A DNA stretch of 39,113 nucleotides from Candidatus Uhrbacteria bacterium. Its GTDB lineage: Bacteria; Patescibacteriota; Patescibacteriia; JACQRZ01. The stretch covers positions 1 through 39,113 of the forward strand of contig JACQRZ010000019.1 in NCBI GenBank assembly GCA_016206235.1, given 5' to 3'. Below are positions 8,732 through 14,623 of this stretch, in pieces; position 1 is the first letter of the stretch, and each line of letters opens with the position of its first letter. The position numbers and the translations under genes are program-made. Below the pieces are notes generated by a model. The model was not told the DNA's origin. It did not search any database and saw only the letters and a list, made by a program, of their open reading frames with translations.

Positions 8732-10339
8732 TTACATTAAATCTTTGAGGAGGCTTCTACCTGTCATATCGGGCGAAGGTTTGAGATTGATGCGCTCAAG
8801 GAGTGTAGGCGCAACATCTGCCAAAATGCCGATCGGATTGACATTTTTTTTGAGAAATTCTACTTCTGCTTCTTGACGATCGCGGCGCTGCTCTTCATCA
8901 ACAAGGATAAATGGCACGGGACTTGTCGAATGTTCTTTGACTGACCTGTGGGTCATGAGATCTACTTTACTCTCAGCGTTGCCATGGTCGGCAGTAACGG
9001 CGGTAATGCCCCCAACTTTTTTATTTGCTTCCACCACTTTACTCACACACTCATCAGTTGCTTGGAGCGCTTTGATTGTTGCCTCAAGATTTCCGGTATG
9101 TCCAACCATGTCGGGGTTTGCAAAATTCACGAGGCAAAAATCATATTTTTTCTTTGCGATCTCTGCAACGAGTTTTTCTGCCACCTGATACGCGCTCATT
9201 TCAGGTTTCATGTCGTAGGTACGTACTTTCGGCGAGGGTACTAAGATACGATCTTCCCCCTTGTAAATTTCTTCTTGGCCGCCATTGAAAAAGTAGGTAA
9301 CGTGCGCGTATTTTTCTGTTTCTGCGATGCGGAGCTGTTTATATCCCTCGTTGGCTATCAAAGCGCCGAACGGCTCTTTGATATGTTGTGGAGGAAAGGC
9401 GACGGTTGCCTCGAGACCTGCTTCGTATTCAGTCATGGTAACAAAGACGAGATTTGAAGGCCGTTTTTCGCGAGTGAATCCATCGAAGGCATCGAGCACA
9501 AAACTTTGGGCAATTTGACGCGCACGGTCTTCGCGGAAGTTAAAAAAGATGACAGCGTCGTTATCGTTCACTGTCGCGAGTGGAGCATTTTTTCTGTTGG
9601 TAATAATGACAGGCTCAAGCATTTCATCGTCAACTTTTGCTTCATACGATTTTCTAAGCGCTTCGAGTGGATCATGGAATGGCGTACCCTTCCCTAATGT
9701 TAAAAGATCATAGCTTTTCTGTGTTCTGTCCCAGGTATTGTTACGATCCATGGCGTAAAAACGTCCGCATAGTGACGCGATCTGGCCGACACGCAGCTTT
9801 TTCATGAGTTTCTGAAGCTCTTTGAGTTCATTGAGTCCTGCTTGCGGGGCTGAATCGCGTCCATCAGTAATGCAGTGAATAGAGACGTCTTTAAGCTTTT
9901 TTTCTTTACAAAATTGGAGCAGCGCTTTGAGATGATTAATATGGCCATGGACGCCACCGGTGCTCGTAATGCCCAAAAAATGAAGATGAGATTTATTTTT
10001 TACAACATGCTCCGCAGCCTTTCGGAATGCTTCATTTTGAAGAAATGATTTATTCTCGATTGACATATTGATGCGAGGCAAATTTTGATAGACAACAAGA
10101 CCTGCACCAAGATTCAGGTGGCCTACTTCAGAATTTCCAACTTCACCCCATGGCAAGCCAACGGCAATTCCTGATGCATCAAGAGCGCCGTATGGATAGT
10201 GAGCTATGAGATCGTTCATGAATGGGCGCTTTGCCAAGTACATGGGATTGCTTTCCTCGATGGGGCTAATGCCAAAACCATCAAGTACAATCAGGACAAG
10301 TGGCGGACGTGATGAGCGAGAAGGCATACAGTGACTCAT
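8732..10339 (-). CDS. gpmI: 2,3-bisphosphoglycerate-independent phosphoglycerate mutase
   Basis: 535 aa. Motifs are LVLIVLDGFG, NSEVGHLNLGAG, DGRD and ADHGNAE, typical of iPGM. The start is 10339 or the in-frame ATG at 10327. Confidence 0.9.
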   Translation of the reverse strand: MSHCMPSRSSRPPLVLIVLDGFGISPIEESNPMYLAKRPFMNDLIAHYPYGALDASGIAVGLPWGEVGNSEVGHLNLGAGLVVYQNLPRINMSIENKSFLQNEAFRKAAEHVVKNKSHLHFLGITSTGGVHGHINHLKALLQFCKEKKLKDVSIHCITDGRDSAPQAGLNELKELQKLMKKLRVGQIASLCGRFYAMDRNNTWDRTQKSYDLLTLGKGTPFHDPLEALRKSYEAKVDDEMLEPVIITNRKNAPLATVNDNDAVIFFNFREDRARQIAQSFVLDAFDGFTREKRPSNLVFVTMTEYEAGLEATVAFPPQHIKEPFGALIANEGYKQLRIAETEKYAHVTYFFNGGQEEIYKGEDRILVPSPKVRTYDMKPEMSAYQVAEKLVAEIAKKKYDFCLVNFANPDMVGHTGNLEATIKALQATDECVSKVVEANKKVGGITAVTADHGNAESKVDLMTHRSVKEHSTSPVPFILVDEEQRRDRQEAEVEFLKKNVNPIGILADVAPTLLERINLKPSPDMTGRSLLKDLM

Positions 10340-10340
10340 T

Positions 10341-10368
10341 TCTAATTATCAATTTCTAATTTCCAACA
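10341..10368. repeat. Heptamer array TCTAATT ATCAATT TCTAATT TCCAACA (the minus strand reads TTGGAAATTAGAAATTGATAATTAGAA before the gpmI ATG)
   Basis: Read directly. It shares 21 of 22 nt with 22-43 upstream of the pilO-like gene. Confidence 0.8.
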
Positions 10369-10415
10369 TTTATAGAAGAGGTTTGCGACGATCATTAAGA
10401 AATAAATTCTTCCAT

Positions 10416-10684
10416 GGAGTATAAGATACGAGCCAGCATGGCTTGAGAGGCTCAAAACTGAGGCGATTTCACGAAACCGACGACGAAGCTGTATATAACA
10501 TACTGCGAGGAGGAGTGACAAAGAAATCGACCAGTTTTGAACCTCCCGAAGGGCGAGCCTTGTTTGCTTTATTTTCTTCGTTGCTCGTCGCTAGCGATGG
10601 TTTACATCGCGTCGCTCCTCGCGCCACGAATCTCAAGCAAACAGGAGACACGCTCAACACATACTGGCTCGGATCTTATACCCC
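10416..10684. other. Rod-like structured element (candidate ncRNA or MITE-like palindromic element), class unknown
   Basis: Terminal 18-nt inverted repeat at 10419-10436 and 10664-10681 pairs at 17 of 18 positions and extends to 19 of 21. Nested perfect 8-bp helix pairs 10441-10448 with 10631-10638. Further helices pair 10478-10488 with 10576-10590, and there is a branch hairpin at 10594-10610. C[GAAG]G sits near the centre. The region is GC-richer than the other spacers and has no credible ORF. Confidence 0.4.
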
Positions 10685-10736
10685 TAAGGTATCACACAAT
10701 GATTCGCTGAGCAACATCATTCGCAGGTGCTTCGCG

Positions 10737-10765
10737 TTGACAAATGAAGAGAAAAAGACTATATT
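10737..10765 (+). promoter_or_regulatory. Sigma-70-type promoter TTGACA-N17-TATATT for tRNA-Leu
   Basis: Perfect -35 at 10737-10742, 17-nt spacer, -10 at 10760-10765. The tRNA begins 15 nt after the -10. Confidence 0.55.
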
Positions 10766-10779
10766 TGACTGATAAATAA

Positions 10780-10863
10780 GCCGCGGTGTCGAAATTGGTA
10801 AACGATGGCGACTCAAAATCGCCCGGGAGCAATCCCTTGTGGGTTCGAGTCCCACCCGCGGCA
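10780..10863 (+). tRNA. tRNA-Leu (anticodon CAA), no encoded CCA
   Basis: Manual cloverleaf. Acceptor GCCGCGG/CCGCGGC, anticodon loop CUCAAAA, long variable arm CCGGGAGCAATCCCTTG, T arm GTGGG-TTCGAGT-CCCAC, discriminator A. Confidence 0.9.
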
Positions 10864-10870
10864 AATACAT

Positions 10871-11104
10871 ATGCGAAAAGAGTTTTTATTGTTCATGGTT
10901 GGGAGGGGCATCCCGAAGAAGGTTGATAGCATTGCTGTCTTTTCTGACAACGATTCATATGTTCCGTTCGACAATCAAGATGATTTTAAAAATACACTCG
11001 GTTCAGCAATAGTTATTGAACATTCTGCAGGTCATTTTAGTGGTGCCATGGATAGCTGTATCGAGCCACCAATAGCCCTTGAGTCTTTGCTGAAATTATT
11101 GTAA
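10871..11104 (+). pseudogene. Remnant of a YdeN/RBBP9-type alpha/beta serine hydrolase (frameshifted N-terminus fused to the C-terminus; the core is deleted)
   Basis: ATG 10871 reads MRKEF.... The +2 frame at 10879-10923 encodes RVFIVHGWEGHPEEG and then TGA. One extra A in the A4 run at 10876-10879 would restore MRKRVFIVHGWEG. The in-frame tail IAVFSDNDSYVPF...EHSAGHFSG is the family C-terminus. About 100 aa, including the nucleophile elbow, are absent. Confidence 0.55.
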
Positions 11105-11143
11105 GGTACAAACACTTTTTCTTAAAACTATAGGAGGTGGGCA

Positions 11144-11884
11144 ATGGCTCGAGTTTTGGGACTCGCTCTTTTTATTTCAGGAAAAGGTTCAACCGCAGCC
11201 GCAGTTATGCAAGCCTGTCGCACCGGCGCACTTTTGAACAGAGTAAAACCTGCGTGCGCAGTTATGAATCATGACAATGCTGAAGGATTAGACACGCTTA
11301 TGAATGCAGGAATGGAGCCACGCGACATACATATTATTCCTTCGCGTGAGTACAAGGGTAGACAAGAGGAATTTGGGGAAGCCATATTAAAAAGACTTCA
11401 TCAGTATCGAGTTGACTGTATTGGTCAGTATGGCTGGATGGTAAAAACACCAGAGAATGTGATACGTGAGTACGCAGGCGTGATGATTAATCAGCATCCT
11501 GGTCCGCTTGATCCGGGACGTCCCGACTTTGGCGGTAAGGGCATGTATGGCATGCGCGTTCATTGCGCACGGTTGCTGTTTTGCAGATGGACAAATCGCG
11601 ATTTTTGGACAGAAGCAGTCGCACAGCGAGTTGCTGATGAGTATGATCAGGGAGCAGTTATGTATTCTCGGCAAGTACCTATTCTTCAAGAAGATGATCC
11701 ATATCGTTTGCGAGAACGTGTTTTGTATGAAGAGTATCACGTGCAAATAACAACACTCCGCATGCTTGCAGAAGGTGGGTCTAAAGTAGAAAGAAGAGTA
11801 ACACCATTGATTCGTCCAGAAGAACTACCAATCTTAGAGCGCGCAAAAGAGATTGCATGTATGCTGTTTCCGAAAGGCTCATGA
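11144..11884 (+). CDS. PurN-like formyltransferase (GAR transformylase family)
   Basis: 246 aa. It has ISGKGSTAAAV (compare ISGNGSNLQAI), INQHPGPL (Asn and His retained) and VADEYDQGAVM (Asp retained). It is preceded by a strong SD, AGGAGGT, 5 nt before the ATG. Confidence 0.7.
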   Translation: MARVLGLALFISGKGSTAAAVMQACRTGALLNRVKPACAVMNHDNAEGLDTLMNAGMEPRDIHIIPSREYKGRQEEFGEAILKRLHQYRVDCIGQYGWMVKTPENVIREYAGVMINQHPGPLDPGRPDFGGKGMYGMRVHCARLLFCRWTNRDFWTEAVAQRVADEYDQGAVMYSRQVPILQEDDPYRLRERVLYEEYHVQITTLRMLAEGGSKVERRVTPLIRPEELPILERAKEIACMLFPKGS

Positions 11885-11894
11885 GCAACTCCTG

Positions 11895-11923
11895 AACGGT
11901 TCTGCGAAAGCGGACCGTTTTTT
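11895..11923 (+). terminator. Intrinsic terminator after the PurN-like gene
   Basis: A 10-bp stem with one bulge closes a GCGAAAGC (GAAA) tetraloop and is followed by a T6 run. Confidence 0.65.
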
Positions 11924-12187
11924 CAACTTCGCGTTACCCGCTTCGATGAATTAACACGCGCCACTTTTTTACATAGCATTGACAAATGGGGAGGAAAATT
12001 CATGAACAAAAAGGGTGGCCTGATCCACTTGAGGAAATAGAAAGCAAGCAAGGCCGTGAAATGTCAAAAAAGATGCATCAATTGGCCGAAAAGCCAACGC
12101 GTCATGTTAAGCGAGCTCGCGATAAAGGAGAGGCATACCGTCATTTTCATAGGCGCTAGGGATTTTTCATGAAAAAGAAAAACCGTC

Positions 12188-12646
12188 TTAGAGAGGGTCA
12201 GAGAGGTGATGGAGTGAAAAAATTTCCTGTTCTTCCGTGCTCAGAGTTTTTACCAGAGCAAGGAGTTCATGATATTTAACCTCTTGCGCTGGATCGTCGC
12301 TTTCGTTTATGAAGTGCTCGCCTTCAGACGGAAGATCGGAGAATACAACATGCTTTTTTTCACGGAAGTAATCAATGAGCGTATTGCGTGTGATTTGCCA
12401 GATCCATGATGAGAAGTTGCCAAGATTGGTGTCGAATGTATGGATTTTGTTCGTTACCTTAAGAAAGACATGTTGAGTCAAGTCCTCAGCAATTTCTCTA
12501 TTGAAGAGTCGAACTATGAAAAAACGGAAAATTTGAGAAGCAAAATAATCAAAAATTAAAGCGCCAGCCTGCTGATTTCCATGCTGCCACTGGCAGGCAA
12601 GCGCATTACAATCAAACATTTCTGCACGGTCGTTGCTCATGTTCAT
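12188..12646 (-). CDS. ECF-type sigma-70 family protein, C-terminally truncated (sigma-2 present, sigma-4.2 HTH missing); possibly a pseudogene
   Basis: 152 aa. Region 2 is AEDLTQHVFLKVTNKIHTFDTNLGNFSSWIWQITRNTLIDYFR. The ORF stops at ...LSTEEQEIFSLHHLSDPL, where the sigma-4 HTH should begin. I found no HTH-like continuation in any downstream frame. Confidence 0.6.
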   Translation of the reverse strand: MNMSNDRAEMFDCNALACQWQHGNQQAGALIFDYFASQIFRFFIVRLFNREIAEDLTQHVFLKVTNKIHTFDTNLGNFSSWIWQITRNTLIDYFREKKHVVFSDLPSEGEHFINESDDPAQEVKYHELLALVKTLSTEEQEIFSLHHLSDPL

Positions 12647-12703
12647 AGTGGTATACGGCTGAATTCAAGATGTGGTACAGATATACGATGTATATCTATG
12701 ACG

Positions 12704-12731
12704 AAAAAAAGAACCGCCTGAGTAGCGGCTC
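12704..12731 (-). terminator. Orphan minus-strand intrinsic terminator-like hairpin upstream of the sigma gene
   Basis: The stem pairs 12711-12717 with 12725-12731 (one mismatch) around a 7-nt loop. On the minus strand it is followed by T7 (the A7 run at 12704-12710). No minus-strand gene lies upstream of it. Confidence 0.4.
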
Positions 12732-12759
12732 TTGTCATTGTGGAGATATGTGATATACT
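12732..12759 (+). promoter_or_regulatory. Promoter TTGTCA-N16-(TGa)TATACT for tRNA-fMet
   Basis: -35 at 12732-12737, extended -10 TGATATACT at 12751-12759. The tRNA starts 15 nt after the -10. Confidence 0.55.
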
Positions 12760-12773
12760 CTCAAAATGTTTGA

Positions 12774-12847
12774 CGCGGGGTGGAGAAGTCTGGCATCTCG
12801 CTTGGCTCATAACCAAGAGATCGCGGGTTCAAATCCCGCCCCCGCAA
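12774..12847 (+). tRNA. Initiator tRNA-fMet (anticodon CAT), no encoded CCA
   Basis: C1xA72 mismatch (CGCGGGG/CCCCGCA), anticodon loop CUCAUAA, T arm GCGGG-TTCAAAT-CCCGC, close to E. coli tRNA-fMet. The anticodon stem CTTGG/CCAAG has only two of the three canonical G:C pairs. Confidence 0.9.
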
Positions 12848-12850
12848 TAA

Positions 12851-12880
12851 AATAATTCACGCGAAAGCGTGGGTTATTTT
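12851..12880 (+). terminator. Intrinsic terminator after tRNA-fMet
   Basis: A stem of about 12 bp, including G-U pairs, closes a GCGAAAGC tetraloop and is followed by TTTT. Confidence 0.6.
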
Positions 12881-13021
12881 ATTGTTGAGGGAAACAACAG
12901 AATTTATTCTGTTGTGTTGGGATTTGAAGACCGTAGTGATGTTTGGCGAACATTCTGGTGAGCCAAACCACGAGGGGCGGCCTGCGAGCTCGCCGAGGGA
13001 ACGAGGCGAGACTTGTAGGCT

Positions 13022-13040
13022 AATCCCGCCCCCGCAACCA
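13022..13040 (+). repeat. Duplicated 3' end of tRNA-fMet (16-nt direct repeat AATCCCGCCCCCGCAA) followed by CCA
   Basis: 13022-13037 is identical to 12832-12847. This copy continues CCA, whereas the intact gene continues TAA. Confidence 0.75.
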
Positions 13041-13251
13041 AAAGGGACTGTTTCGCACTGGGACGGTCTTTTTTGATTTGTTGACCCAGCACTAACTCTT
13101 AAAAAAGTAATTTTATACGCTCTTAGCCATTACTCGGCAAGAAAGAACGCACAAGTATTATTTCACGTTCTCTGCAGAAAGTAGTGCTGGGTTGACTTTG
13201 ATGAATACTCAGCGTATCCTGATATCTATCATTCCTGCACTACTTAATATT

Positions 13252-14373
13252 ATGGAAATCAAACGCGATGAATTTGGACCAGAGTATGTGTTGACTGTCT
13301 CCGATCCTATTACTGGCATGAAAGGATTTCTTGTTATTGATAATACGTCGCGCGGTCCAGGAAAGGGGGGTATTCGCATGACCCGAACAGTTACTTTGGA
13401 AGAAGTGTATCGCTTAGCGCGGACGATGACATGGAAAAATGCCATTGCCGATATTCCATTTGGGGGAGCAAAAGGGGGTATCATCTGGAATGGCGGATCA
13501 GACGAGTTAAAGAAACAGCATGTCAAAGTATTCGCACAAAAAATCAAGCATCTTATGCCTCATGTATATATCGGCGGACCAGATGTAAATACTGGCGAAA
13601 AAGAAATGCAATGGATAGCGGAAGAGTCGGGTATTTGGGAAAGTGTAACCGGGAAACCATCGGCCTACTGTGATATCAAAAATGAAAAACAGCGCTGCGG
13701 ACTTCCTCATGAGCTCGGAAGTACTGGATTTGGCGTTGCACGAGCAGTAGTTGTCGCGCTCGAAATTCTTGGAATACCTTTGCAATCTGTTCGCATTGCA
13801 ATTGAAGGATTTGGCAATGTCGGTAGCTTTGCGTTTAAGTTTTTACAGGAGTGGGGCGCAAAGATTATTGCTGTTGCCGATAGCCGGGGCACGGCATATC
13901 TGGAAGCTGGCCTTGATTATAGAACGGCAGAGCAAGCAAAAAAACAGCATGGAACAGTCTCATCGTACCAAGGCGCACAGCAACTTTCGCACGATGATAT
14001 TTTCAGTCTTGATGCTGATGTGCTGATTCCGGCAACAATAACAGATGTCATTACCGAAAAAAATAAGGACTCCATCAAAGCAAAACTTATCGTGCAAGGC
14101 GCGAATATTTCTATGAGCAAGGAGATTGAGCGCGAGCTGTGGCAACGAGGCATTCAGATTATTCCTGACTTTGTCGCCAATGCCGGCGGCGTGATTTCTT
14201 CCTATGCAGAGTATGTCGGCATGACGTCAGATGAAATGTTTGCGCTTGTCGATGAGAAAATAACCAAGGCAGTAACAGACGTGTTGACGCAAAGCATCGC
14301 AGAAAAAAGATTTCCCCGTGATGTTGCAATGGAGATAGCTGTCTCTCGCGTAAAAGAAACGAAGCGCAAGTAG
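13252..14373 (+). CDS. gdh: Glu/Leu/Phe/Val dehydrogenase family protein (short form, probably glutamate dehydrogenase)
   Basis: It has GPGKGGIRM, the catalytic-Lys motif PFGGAKGG and the Rossmann motif GFGNVGS. MEIKRDEFGPEYV resembles the N-termini of short family members. The ORF track starts at TTG 13192, and ATG 13201 is an alternative. Confidence 0.8.
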   Translation: MEIKRDEFGPEYVLTVSDPITGMKGFLVIDNTSRGPGKGGIRMTRTVTLEEVYRLARTMTWKNAIADIPFGGAKGGIIWNGGSDELKKQHVKVFAQKIKHLMPHVYIGGPDVNTGEKEMQWIAEESGIWESVTGKPSAYCDIKNEKQRCGLPHELGSTGFGVARAVVVALEILGIPLQSVRIAIEGFGNVGSFAFKFLQEWGAKIIAVADSRGTAYLEAGLDYRTAEQAKKQHGTVSSYQGAQQLSHDDIFSLDADVLIPATITDVITEKNKDSIKAKLIVQGANISMSKEIERELWQRGIQIIPDFVANAGGVISSYAEYVGMTSDEMFALVDEKITKAVTDVLTQSIAEKRFPRDVAMEIAVSRVKETKRK

Positions 14374-14442
14374 GTCCTATAATCTAGACATTTTTCAAAA
14401 ATGTGAGATAATCCTCCTACGCACAATATAAAACGTAGATGA

Positions 14443-14516
14443 GGCAGGGTAGCTCAGCTGGTTAGAGCGAGGGAATCATAACCCCTAGGTCGCGAGTTCA
14501 ACTCTCGCCCCTGCTA
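14443..14516 (+). tRNA. tRNA with anticodon CAT (elongator Met or lysidine-modified Ile2), no encoded CCA
   Basis: Manual cloverleaf. Acceptor GGCAGGG/CCCTGCT (G1-U72 wobble), D arm GCTC-AGCTGGTTA-GAGC, anticodon loop AUCAUAA with an A31-C39 mismatch, T arm GCGAG-TTCAACT-CTCGC. Confidence 0.85.
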
Positions 14517-14521
14517 TGAAA

Positions 14522-14549
14522 AAAGTATCCTTATAAAAGTATCCTTATA
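14522..14549. repeat. Perfect 14-nt (2 x 7) tandem duplication of AAAGTATCCTTATA
   Basis: Copies lie at 14522-14535 and 14536-14549, followed by a partial third unit AAAGGAT. Confidence 0.85.
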
Positions 14550-14566
14550 AAGGATTCTTTTTTCTT
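14539..14566 (+). terminator. Weak intrinsic terminator after tRNA(CAT)
   Basis: A 6-bp ATCCTT/AAGGAT stem with a short loop is followed by a T-rich run (TTCTTTTTTC). Confidence 0.35.
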
Positions 14567-14623
14567 TAGCTCTGTTGCACAATCGGTAAATTGTTTTATT
14601 GTTACTAATGATTACTCTAGCTT

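Noticed and set aside
10416-10684. Identity of the structured element as RNase P RNA, tmRNA, SRP RNA or a parS site
   Set aside because: No GGAAAGUCC/ACAGAA P4 signature appears on either strand, and there is no GGGG...UCCACCA tmRNA frame or tag ORF. The SRP helix-8 GGAAGCAGC motif is absent; only a loose CC[GAAG]GG.GAGCC is present. TTTCACGAAAC (10467-10477) resembles a parS half-palindrome but lacks the central GT of TGTTTCACGTGAAACA. No named class can be assigned by eye.
10443-10772. 109-aa plus-strand ORF (TTG start) and 63-aa minus-strand ORF (10469-10660) in the gpmI/tRNA-Leu gap
   Set aside because: Their composition is not protein-like (Arg/Ser/Leu-rich, no motifs). The plus-strand ORF depends on a TTG start and runs through the tRNA-Leu promoter, and both overlap extensive nested base-pairing. 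The region is better explained as a structured non-coding element.
11986-12159. 57-codon ORF (MGRKIHEQKGWPDPLEEIESKQGREMSKKMHQLAEKPTRHVKRARDKGEAYRHFHRR) and the SD-led 12-codon ORF at 12002-12040
   Set aside because: Both are below the ORF-track threshold, match no family I recognise and overlap each other in different frames within a region that appears to be decaying. They are mentioned as context only.
12881-13080. ORFs 12882-13076 (+) and 12904-13092 (-), and the idea that this is a (two-piece) tmRNA because of the ...CCCCGCAACCA end
   Set aside because: The ORFs are Pro/Gly/Arg-rich translations of GC-rich hairpins. No complementary GCGGGG 5' acceptor strand, tag reading frame or complete T arm is present, so tmRNA is unsupported. 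I kept it as a tRNA 3'-end duplication.
14381-14432. Promoter for tRNA(CAT): TAGACA-N17-GATAAT (14384-14412) versus a TATAAA -10 at 14427-14432
   Set aside because: The two candidates are mutually exclusive and neither is clearly better, so no feature was called.
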